Shown piece by piece: positions 1-11,130 of a stretch of 64,000 bases of DNA. Within the stretch, counting starts at the first letter, position 1; each line of letters begins with the position of its first letter. Position numbers and translations under genes: made by a program. Source of the DNA: Raillietiella orientalis (taxonomy: Eukaryota); the NCBI GenBank assembly GCA_036172245.1, contig JAYWIR010000055.1, positions 744,001 to 808,000 on the forward strand, given 5' to 3'. The notes under the pieces were generated by a model, which ran no database searches, was not told the origin of the DNA, and saw only the letters and a program-made list of their open reading frames with translations.

Positions 1-2484
1 ACTGGATCAAGCTGAAGCATCTGCTACGCTTGTTGTTCAAGGTGGGGTGCCATGTCTTCAGCACTATGACTAGTTTTTTCCATTCCTTTAGATGTACCAA
101 ATCCACCAAAGTTGATATCGGTTCAGTGTAATGACAAAGATGCTGTTGTTGAATGGGAACCCCAAGGAGACAATCGCGCTCCCATTTTGTATTACACAGT
201 GCAGTATAATACAAGTTTCACAGCTGATTCTTGGGAAATAGCTTATGACAATGCCAATGCTACAGATCGCAGTGTTCGTGTTGGCATGAGTCCATGGGCA
301 AATTATACCTTTAGAGTCATTGCTCGTAATAAAGTTGGTCCATCTGCTCCATCTCCACATTCTTCACCTGCATGTGAAACTCCAGGAGATGTTCCTTATA
401 GCAATCCAGAAAACGTGGAAGGTAGAGGAACACGGCCTGATAACCTGCTCATATCGTGGACGGTAAAGAAAAAGTATGAGTTACGCATAAAGTTGATGTG
501 AATGCAGCCTACTCCCGAAATCGAGCAAAATGGCCCAGGATTTCTTTATGTTGTGCACTGGATGCAGGACCAACCTGGAGAGGATTGGAATATTCACCAG
601 ATCCGTGACTGGCGAGTGTCACAATATTTGGTGCCCAATCAGCCCACGTTCCAACGCTATCGTATTAAGATTACGGCTCAGAATAACTTTGGCCAATCTA
701 ATGTAGCGGCCAAGGAAGTTATTGGTTATTCAGGAGAGGATGTACCTCTTGAGGCTCCAGCAAACTTCACACTCATTAATATCACAGATGCCACAACTGC
801 AATTTTTTCGTGGGAACCTGTAGATCCTTCATCATTGCGAGGACATTTTAGGGGTTATAAGGTAAGCAGGTACCCAAATAAAGTTCATTCCTTCATTAGA
901 TTTGTAGCTGCAAACATGGACAGACCAGAATGGTGAAGATAAAGTACAAGAAATGCGTGTCGAACCTGGTACTCACACAGTCACATTCAGGAAGCTTATT
1001 CCTTTTAGTGTGAACAAAGCTCATGTAATGGCATTTAATGGGCAGTACAGTGGTCCAGCAAGTAACGTTTTGACATTCACGACCCCTGAAGGAAGTAAGT
1101 TATTTTCCACTTAAACACCATATTCCAAAATTATTGCTAGGACCTGGACCTGTCGATGCATTTGAAGCATATCCAATGGGATCTTCAGCTTTATTATTAG
1201 TCTGGAAACGACCGCGTCAGCCTAATGGAGTGCTGATCGGTTACCGAATTTTTTATCAGTTTGTGCAAGATACACAACTGGGGCCGCTGATTGAGCGTTT
1301 TCCTGCTGTCCACAACCCTGATACTACTCGTGTTAAGTTAGCTGGATTGGCGCCTGGCACAAAGTATCGCATTACAATACGAGCTGCCACAAAGGTTGGA
1401 CAAGGAACCGAGTTGTTTATTGAGGAATCCACTCGTGCCCCGGATCCAATGCCTCCCGACAAACCTCATTTTACATTGGATCACATACCAGCAGAGGATG
1501 GCTTAGCAGCTGTCATAGTGCGCTGGATCCCACAGGGCGAGAATTTAGGATCTCACTTTTATGTTCAGTATCGCCCACGTGGCGAACCTATCTTTTTATC
1601 ATCTGAAGAAGAGATGAACGAGGATTATGTTATCATAAAAGGCTTAAATCCAGGATCGCTGTACGAATTTCGTGTTGTTGCTGTAGATGGTAATCACTCT
1701 ACAGAGAGTGACATAGAAGAATTTCAGACATGGGCTCCAGGTAACTGAAATAAACGCTACAATTCTGTGAAAATGCTTTACTTTCTCTCAGGAGGCAGTT
1801 TGTACGTGCAACAAGAAGACAATCTGGCTACTGCAGGATGGTTTGTTGGAATGCTCGTCGCGATCGCATTGCTATTGCTTGTTCTCATTCTGGTGTGCTT
1901 GATTAAAAGAAACCAAGGTGGGAAATATCATGTTTATGAACGAGAAGTTGCACAGGGTGGTGACGTGGAAAGCACGAAATGCGATGAATACAGTAAGCCG
2001 TGAGTAAAACATCCATTCCTTGTTCCCATCCTTTATTTGCTTTCCAGCCTGACTGACAGCAAGGTGGGGCACGATTCCTTTAGCAGTGTGAAATCACCTA
2101 TAGAAAGTGAATCAGATTCGATGGCTGAATATGGTGAAGGAGAGACGGGTAAGCTTTGGCATGCATTGCCTGGATCTACATAGAGTAGTGGTGCTCAATG
2201 CATGTCTCTGTGCTTATTAGAGGGCATGAATGAGGATGGATCCTTTATTGGTCAGTATGGTCATGGAAGACCAATACAAGGAAGGCCTGTAGGTACAAGC
2301 ACTCTGGTGTGAAATGGTGCGTAATAAGAGTTTCAAATATTTCAAATGATCAATAATTCCATTATCCTAGTTTACCAGAGAATATGTTTTAGGAAAATTC
2401 ACAGAAGATGGTTCCTTTATTGGTCAGTATGGAAAAAGCCATAAGAGTCAGAATGCACCAATAAACAAGACTACTTTTGTATAG
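1..2484 (+). CDS. Nrg: Neuroglian / L1-CAM family cell adhesion molecule, 3' part (FN3 repeats, transmembrane helix, ankyrin-binding FIGQY tail); 5' end outside window
   Basis: GT-AG exons 1-41, 92-462, 508-861, 908-1094, 1141-1740, 1792-1999, 2048-2148 join in frame. They encode FN3 motifs (SPWANYTFRVIARNKVGPS), a TM segment (GWFVGMLVAIALLLLVLILVCLIKRNQGGKY) and ESDSMAEYGEG. Alternative last exons 2221-2312 or 2393-2484 both contain EDGSFIGQY. Confidence 0.96.
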
Positions 2485-2679
2485 TACAAATCGTATCATT
2501 CCATCCAGTTTCACTGCTTTTCATGCTTGATAAGTGTTTTGGTAATTGCCCATATCTTTGTGATAAGCTTCCATGCCTTTAGCACAACTATTTTTTTTAA
2601 GCTTGTGTTCAGGAAAAACGAAAATATGAGAATGCTCATTTATTTCTATACTTTGTGACATTGAAATACAAAAAAAACT

Positions 2680-4088
2680 TTATTTCTTAAGTATGGATAT
2701 ATGATTTGCATTTGGTTGTTTACCTTTCAGTTTTTCATAAATCAAAGTGTATAATAATGGCCTAGAAATTTGTAGAAATTAATGTTTGTGTGTGTATGTT
2801 TTTTTTTTTTTGTTACTTTACTCACAGATCATTATTCCGCATCCCTTGGAGGTTATGGTCTTTCAAGAGTTCAGGATCTTTATTTTGGTGCCCTGTCTCT
2901 AGCGGGAACATTGCATGTCAATTCAAAGTTAACGTACCTGCTGAAAACACGGAAAGTGTATATCTGTACCCATTCCATTCAAGATATTCTTGTATCAAAC
3001 TATTTATTATATCGTTTTCTAAAGAGGGTTGCACACGATCCCCCACTTCTCCTTCCAGAATCGTGAACAACTCTGCTCGCACACAACTGCGCAGCCTTTC
3101 CAAAGCTCCACTCGCTGCCATGCTCTGCCGGATAACTAAACATTGTGATCAGCGTCATTCCAAAAGAACAACAACAACAACTTTGCTTTGTAAAACACGA
3201 CCACGAGAGAACGAAATCGCATGTAAGAATCGCACTGGACCGATCGAGAATGCAAAACTGACACCGTAAGGATGCTGAAAAATTTCGCCATCGTTACGGT
3301 GGACGGGCACGAATGGGAAGTTGCGTGATGCCCTTTTTCTGCAAAAGGGCGTAAGAAAAAGGATCACCGCGAGTACGTTCGTTTTAATCTGCCGGGAGGA
3401 AGGCACATATCAACCGTCGGCAACGCACCCCAGAAACAGACGCACGTGGATGGACATTGCAAGGCGAAAAATGCATTTTTGCACACGTTCGATTTTTGTC
3501 TTTTGCCATTTGGATGGATTTAGGGTTCCCGACGGAGCTGCAGATTTCACGTGCAGCAGGTGCAAAGAGTTTGCGCGGTAACATTCACCGAAACAGCTTT
3601 GCAACAACTCTTCCGGGAGAAAAGGTGTCATGGAATGGCAACACCTCCATAACAGACGTGCGATCAACTGAGTGAACGACCCCCGCAGACTTCCATGAGA
3701 CTTCCTCATGGAAACATACGGCAGGCTGTTTTTTAACCATGCATACGAAACGAATGAGGCTGGCAAAACAATCAGGGCAACTGCACGTGCGAGGACCTCG
3801 GCTTTTAGCAGTCATCAAGGGAAAACAACAAACACACAGAAAAATTTGGTTTTAATAGGAGCTTCAAATCGTTTTCGACCGCCATCGAAAATACCGCAAT
3901 GATTTATGAGTTTCAGGCGCTCCTGCCGATTCCCAATTCACACCATTACTTTTGCAGCTGTTCAAAAGAGTTTTTTTTTTTTTTTTTTTAATCTATTTCA
4001 TGAGATTGATTACATTCACTGAAAATGTCAAATTACTTTTTAAAAGGTTTAGCATCTCGGCATCTCTCTTTGGATCATCCATAATCAT
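2680..4088 (-). CDS. CEP20: LisH-domain centrosomal protein FOPNL/FOR20/CEP20
   Basis: Exons 3135-2938 (IRQSMAASGALERLRSCVRAELFTIL...ENDIINSLIQEYLEWNGYRYTLSVFSAE), 2898-2826 and 2761-2680 (LPLLYTLI...stop) match the FOPNL pattern. The best canonical first exon is 4088/4082-4037 (MDDPKRDAEMLNLLK, phase-1 GTAATT donor); this exon is less certain. Confidence 0.85.
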
Positions 4089-4179
4089 CAATCAGAAACT
4101 GAAAATCATAAATAATACAGTGAGCAATACAAATCTGTGCCTTAAACTTCTAAATTTCAAGCAGTCTTTCGTTAAAGTG

Positions 4180-7100
4180 TTAGTTCCCAATTTCTTCCCC
4201 AAACTTTCGCCAAAACACACTGGGTATGAATGAGTCCTTTGATGACTGGAAAGGTACAAACTGATTCGAAAGATTGCAGACAACTGCACTCAGTAAAGGA
4301 GAGACGGTGACTGGAGGCACACGTGTAAAGGATACATCCTGAATAGTGGTAGTCTGACCCGGATAGGTTCCACATGATCCCCGTAATTTTCTGATACAGC
4401 TGTAGTTTGTTTCTAAGAGAGTTCAAGAAACAACGATGACTGATAATAAGCTGCTAACCTAAGGACGTTTGCTTTTCGAAACTCTTCATCCAACTCCCGT
4501 GATTCGTTCACCAGCTGCTCTAAACGCCGCAGTTTTGCTTTCTGCTCGTTTTCCAACACAGTCCGTTCGTCATGGGCACGTTCCTATTTCGGGGGAAAAA
4601 CACGTAAACGCTGTATTGCTTCCCATTTGAAAATCCAAACTGCTTTCTCTTACTACTTTCTCTGCAGCAAACTGTCAAATCGAAAACGTAAGCCAACGAA
4701 ATGTTGCACCTCGACTTTGGCAATCGAACTGCCAACAGCCAACGCATTTCATGCAGCATGAAAAACTAACGCTGCCTTCCACACTGCAACACCACCGACC
4801 GCAACATCGTTCGTGTAAAGCGACGCCTTTTGACGAACCACGGAGTCCCGAAATGTTTTCCGGTAATGCTCTCATGCATGCTTTCGACTTCCTTGAAAAT
4901 GGCTATCCACAAAGGCTGCATTTTGGAGATTTCCGTTTATGGCATGGCTTGCGGATGATACTGAATAAATCGATTTCCTTCGGCAAATGTGGAAAATTGG
5001 CTTTACTCTGCCAGATCCATTTTATTCCTATTCCTAGTTTTACTCAACCCTATCTTTGTAAGCTCATATCCTTAGGAAGGAACAGGGATAAAACCACTGC
5101 GAGGGGGAAATAACGAAGAGCATTTACTTGCGTTGAAACAGAACCAGAAAAGTGCACTTTTTTCAAGAAAAAATAACTGCTGGCAACAAATACCCTGAGG
5201 ACTCCCACAACAACATTTGAAACCAAATCTGATGCAAACAGGTGATGAAGTAAATCTAAGAGTAGATCTAAGAATCGGAGAAACCTTGCCTTAGACAAGA
5301 GTTAGGAATTTTACTAAAATCATGCAGTCTGTATCCAGTGTGCAAGCTAAAATTTCCAAGGTGGGTACAGGCCACAACTCCATACTTTGCTTTCCCTGCA
5401 CTCTATGTTGTCCATACGAAGAGTTTTTTATCTTTTTTTTTTTTATAGCACTTACAGCATGGCACTCTGATCCTAGTTGCGAGCAAAGCCGTACTTGTAT
5501 TGGACTCTCCAACATGAAAATGATTTGTCCCGACATGCTCATTTTCCTTGCATTCACTATCTTTTTATCGATCAAAAGCTCACCAATTTTCCGTTCTGTA
5601 CATTCTATTTTATCGAGGTGTTGAAAGAACCTCAATAGTCATCTTTAGTGTTTTCTTTAAACCTGCATAAAACTTTTATATCATGAGAAATTCAAGAAAG
5701 GCATGCTGGAATGACTGATGGAAACCGGAGTAAACTTGTATCATTGCAAAGCACAATATTCAGCACTTGAGAGAATTGCCACAGATAATAACATTTACAA
5801 CATTCATTACCCTAAATTTTCTCTTTGAAATGCAGTGTCATTCTAAAATTCGGAAGTGGCCAACTGAAATGTGATCTTATATTGGAAATACAATGTGCAG
5901 CTGTACATCAGTTTCTCTACATTCATACCTAACCACTAGCTTTAAAATTCCCTTTGTTAATGGTGGAAATTGAGTAGAATGCTAGACATTCAACATCAAC
6001 GAAACTATGCTTCCAATCTTCACAAAGCACCATATCCATGAGCAACGTAATCAACCAGGTTAAGTTTCATTTTTGATAACTCATATCAGTATCTCATTTC
6101 CAACTGACAAATATTTTCAAGCATCACAAATCCCTCATCTAAATTCATATAGTAAAATTCCGGAATGCCATGATAGAATTCCTTTCAAAGTATCTTATTT
6201 CCTCCTTCTCTCCAAAAACGGATTATCTGGTGGAATTACTATTATCTTATTCTCTCCATTCACAATTTTTTCCTGCTGCGACAAAACTCAGAAATCTGCA
6301 CTACAATCGCCTCACAACATTCTGAAAAATTGATTCCATGGTAAACCATATGCAAGAATCCACGAGCCTGTATTTCAAACTCACATTAATGCTTTCCTTT
6401 GCAAGGCATTTGCCTTACAAAGGGTCAAATATATTTTGCGGATGTTTCACAACTATTGTAAAGATTCACATGTTTACAACTATTTTTTACTTTTTCCTTA
6501 CATATATGTAAGGAAATTCCTTTCCAGTGGAAGTACCCCAAATCTTAATATACGTATTCCTTATTTTTTTTTTTTCTCGGGGGAAAACAAAATCGGTTGT
6601 AAGAACAGCCTAATTATTATTCATTAATTATCGGATATCCGATATATGACTAATTATACATCATTATTTTCTGCAAAAACCGAAACAGTGTACGATTCAA
6701 CACATATATAAACAATAAACTAGAATGTGCGAAAGAAAGAGATAATAACTAAAAATCCAAACAACATGCAGCTATTACTGATTTTTCAATATGATTACCA
6801 AAATCATTCTTAAAACCTAAAATTCTGTAAAAAATGTAAATAAAAATAAAAACAAAAAATAAATTAAAAAGGCACACTTTATGAAAAAAATCTGCAAGAT
6901 TACCAAATGAACTACACCAGTTCAGATGAAGATTGGATCTAGAAAAAGTCACTTACTGATTCTTTTTGCTTAGTTTGTAATTGTGTTAGTAACATCTCTC
7001 TCTCTTGCACCATTAGTTGCTCTTCAGCCAATCTCTCTTTCAGAGAATCTGTGGAGTTTGTTTCTGCCAAAGGCAAGGCACACACACCTGGTATCTTGCT

Positions 7101-7202
7101 GTAACATATTTTCTGTTCTTCACTTAGGAATTCAATTAAATTCAATGATGAATGAAAAGGTTTTTGCAAACTTATCTGCTTAAATTTATAGTTTGTATTC
7201 AT
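4180..7202 (-). CDS. SPC24: Kinetochore Ndc80-complex subunit Spc24-like (coiled coil plus RWD-like C-terminus)
   Basis: Exons 7202-6957 (coiled coil, GTAAGT donor), 4583-4459, 4412-4336 (KLQLYQKITGIMWN, an Spc24-type LYxxITxIxW motif) and 4283-4180 (FVCNLSNQFVPF...PSVFWRKF) join in phase to about 184 aa. Linkage of the first exon is inferred from phase and coiled-coil character. Confidence 0.72.
4284..4335 (-). other. U12-type (minor spliceosome) GT-AG intron, 52 nt
   Basis: The 5' end reads GTATCCTTT (U12 consensus). A branch-like CTCCTTTAC lies about 10 nt before the CAG, with no polypyrimidine tract. Removal shifts into a frame that gives an Spc24-like C-terminus. Confidence 0.75.
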
Positions 7203-7344
7203 ATTTAATTTCACTAAAAATCATATTAAAATATAAACATTAATTCAATTCATTAAAAATGTGAAAACAAAATGGTATATAGCATTTAGAAAAGTCACTG
7301 CTAATGATAGTTTCCACACTTCAATAAAAATGTGGAAAATACAA

Positions 7345-10300
7345 TCAATAAATGACACTGCTCAGTAACTGCTCATCACACTCAAGTCCTAGTTCTTCAC
7401 AAAAGTCTTTTTTTTTTTTTGGATAATTCTCCAGAATTATATCAATAATGTCCGTAGCTATTCGTTTACGTTTTTTCCATTCTTTTTCATATTTGTCAAT
7501 CTCATCTTGCAATTCTGATTTCTGCTGTGGACAAACTTTTATGGGATTCTGTGACAAGTTTAGAAGTTTATTTTGCAGTTTTGCAGTTTCTTCATCTACC
7601 TATGTTTTATAAATGCAATCATTATTCCATTTCCATATTAAATCGAAAACATACACCAATAAATTAATTAAAAGTGTGTAATTAGTGCAGTAGTATTGTC
7701 AAATTCAGCATTCCCAGTTCTTAAAAACGAAAAATCAATTCCTCAAAAAAATTGCTTTCTTTCATTAACAATGAATAAATCTTTCATTTCATCAGATTTT
7801 TCCTAATTAATTTTCTCATAACTCCTCACACAGATAGGTACAAGTCCTCATTTTGTGATTCACCATCACTGTAATAAATTTGCATTGATTATATGAATGA
7901 AATTAATCCTTGGAGTATTTAATAATATTCATTCGAAAAAAGAAAAAAAAAAAAAAGGGCACAGCAAGTTACTAGAGTTTGTTTAGGAAACCCTGGCTAC
8001 TTCCTCAGATATCCAATTATATAATCACTCCTCCAACAACCTATACTCAGCCTTTTTACAGAACTTTTGGATATTCAAAAGGAATCCCCAATAACTTGTT
8101 CCTTTTTCATACTTATAAATACAAGTATTAACTCCTATTTTATTTGCAATTATACCCTTAAACTGTACACTCATTTCTTAGGTACAGTGTAGACCGTGTG
8201 TCTTGTCTTAATACAATCTTCTAGCCTGAAGTATAAAATATACACTACACTGTAATGTTGATGCTTCAGCAGTTTTCTTGAAAGAACAAAAGAAAATGTA
8301 TTTCTGACACTACAAAATTATATACTAAAAATTAATGAAGCATAACACAAAGTCAAACAAACATTTATCCTTAATTTTTTCTTTTCAATGACTGGTCATG
8401 CTTTTATTCATCTCACAAGTTTGTTCTGAATCATCAGTGCATTATTATGATACTGGAAACTCCACAATTACAGGAACCAAATGCCAAATATTTTTGAAAT
8501 ACAGATTGCCTTTTCTGGCATTCTAGTCAAGTCCATTATCATGTAGTTTTCCTTCATCTTTAAATAAAAGATACACTACTACTAAAATCACAGAGTGCAT
8601 GAGCAGCTCCTGGATCTTGAAAATGCATCTTATTGGCAATGCTTTTAACTAATTCTGCCAATGAACGTCAAATGGGGGAAAAAAAAAAAAAAGGCGAATA
8701 GGCCTAGATTATTTTTTTTTTTTTCCAATTAAAAATTCGTGCTTGAAATCATGAGAATTGTGAATGGTTACACAATAAGTCATTAACATGCAATAAAGTT
8801 TGATACTGAGAATTGATTCATGCTCAAAAATCTAAATATTACAAGATTAGATAACAGATTTCAAATTTACATAAATTAGGCAAAATATAGAAGCTGATTG
8901 CATTTCATAGCATTTCCTTGTGATATGTCCAAGAAACATCAGCATGTGCAAAAGTTGTATAGAATCATAATAAGCATTAGACCATAATAACATAGAAGTC
9001 ATTGAGTACACCAATATGTTGCATTATGAAAAGGAATGAGTTCTGAACATATGGTCACATGGACAAGAGTGATTGGCATTAACTCTTTGACATTAACAAT
9101 CAAGGAAGATGATGGAAATATCAAAAGAAAGTGTTCCAATTAGATGGAGTTATGTATTCCATTAAGCAAGCAGAGGAGGAAATGGCTGTGTATACTCGAA
9201 TTAGTTTTGTTCAACCTTTGTATCATGATAGAATTCATTAGGCATGTCACATGCAAAAGATGCAAAACTCTTTCAAGTAAAGTTCATGCAATGAAAGACA
9301 TTAAACACCTAAGGAGTCAATTTACTTATTCCTCTGCATGTACATAAATTACGTCATAATCATTCACCATGGATTAATTTTATCCAGAAAATTTAAAAGC
9401 ATTTTTGTTTATGATCATCTGCATATTTCTGTAAACAATTTTTAAAATTCTTCGAAACATTCATGTTGCAAGAGCAAAAACAATTGTATTTGTATTATAA
9501 TTAATAATATTTAATAATACTCCATGATTGTTACTAGATACACTTTTTTTATATACACATTGCAAATACTGTATAAAATTAATACACACAACAAATACTT
9601 TCAGAAATACTGTAAGCACTATAAGTCCCATGTAATTCTGGAATAAAATTAAGTTTGGAATGCACTTCTCCGTCATAATTTATAACTTTTGAAAAATTCT
9701 AATGAACCAATGTTTGTTCTGAATGGTTTTAAGATTATGTAAGAAAATGTACATGCTGTATTCTGGAAAAAAAAACAACCTTTTGACTATCTATTATCAC
9801 CAAAATTTGCTTAAAATCTCTATGTACGTCAATTGTACAATATATTTCGACGATAAGTTGTCAATATTAAAATAAAGCATATCACACAACAGTTCACAGG
9901 AATCTATTCAGAAAAAATCTAAAATGCCGGATAGAAAAAGGGTAAAACATTCAAAACTGACCTATCACCAAACAATCTAGAACAAGGACTTACTAAAATA
10001 AAAGATAAAACCAATATTAATAATTTCTATAACCAAGATTTGTTGATTTCTTAATGACTGAATGTTGACCCCGAATAATGCTGCATAAGTAATAAATGAT
10101 GAATTAGTAACAATCTGGGTCCAAAACTTCTAGTAAAAACTTCTAGTAAATTCCAAATATGTTTCTTTTTCGTGTCTTTATGTTAACAAAAAAATACCAA
10201 TTAATAATCCAAAAACCATGTCAAACAAACAAAATCTTAATTGAGAGAGATGTCCCGAATTATAAGCCAGTACAAACTGAATTCGAACCAATATTTCGTC

Positions 10301-10783
10301 AAAATTTTCGCAAGTCTCATTTTTTTTAAAATCAAATCGAAATTACCATTTTGAGCTGTTCCTGAATTTCTTCAACTGTAAGAGTATTTGAAACTTGCTT
10401 TAATTGCTCTTGCAATGGTTTCAAAGCACTCTCAGTTTCTTTAACTTCACTTGATAATTTCTCAATAACAGAATTCATACTTTCTATTTCTTGTTGGGAA
10501 ACACTTGGTGAAGCATACTGATTAACAACATAGATTTTCTGTTTTCCATAAGTTTTCTCAATAATTTTGGCTTGCTTGAAAAAATTCATTCACAAAACTG
10601 TCATTCTCACAATAATTTTTAAAAATCCAATACCTGAACTAAAGTGTCCAGAGCTTTCTGAACTGCTGTTTTTCCTATTTCTTTATGTAAATTTTGAAAA
10701 ATATCCATTACGCTATACGGTCTATTTTGTGCAACAAGGTATTCATAAACAGCATCTGTGGGATTAGTTTTTGGCTTGGCCAT
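7345..10783 (-). CDS. PSMC3IP: Meiotic homologous-pairing protein HOP2 (TBPIP)
   Basis: Exons 10783-10634 (VYEYLVAQNRPYSVMDIFQNL), 10574-10347 (KIIEKTYGKQKIYVVNQ) and 7599-7345 (KEWKKRKRIATDIIDIILENYPKKKKDFCEELGLECDE), all joined at phase 0. Confidence 0.95.
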
Positions 10784-10879
10784 TGGCTTGCACAAATGAA
10801 CTGACAAATCGAAAACAGAATATTAGCTGTATTATACAGTTTTGTGAAAAGATACTCTTATAAGACTAATAAAAATACT

Positions 10880-11130
10880 ACTTGTAAGAAGCGTTTGCGC
10901 AAAAACAGTGAGTGGCCGTTTTCTTAAACTACAATGCTATGGATGATATACTCTAGTTTTAAACTGTGTGATTCCATAAAATCCGTCCGGGGTAACCACT
11001 GTTTGGCACTCCGTTCAAATTTCGCGACCTGCCCGTAACAAATGCAGAAATGGCAGAGCACATCCATGAAATTCAGCACAATTTGCACAGAAATCTGAAA
11101 AACACGGAAACGCAGATGCTATGGAGGACC
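10880..11130. promoter_or_regulatory. Candidate CpG-richer divergent promoter region between HOP2 (-) and the Tudor gene (+)
   Basis: Local cluster of CpG dinucleotides just upstream of HOP2, in otherwise CpG-poor AT-rich DNA. No specific motif identified. Confidence 0.3.

Noticed and set aside
3858..3885. Minus-strand MAVENDLKL(L) as FOPNL first exon with a non-canonical donor
   Set aside because: It aligns attractively with FOPNL N-termini but is followed by TA, not GT/GC. The exon at 4082-4037 has a canonical phase-1 donor and aligns as well. Another GT candidate (3631-3589) fits less well.
4600..6400. ORFs inside the long SPC24 intron (5050-5298, 5291-5635, 5322-5624)
   Set aside because: Could not be linked into a coherent gene on either strand; no recognisable motifs.
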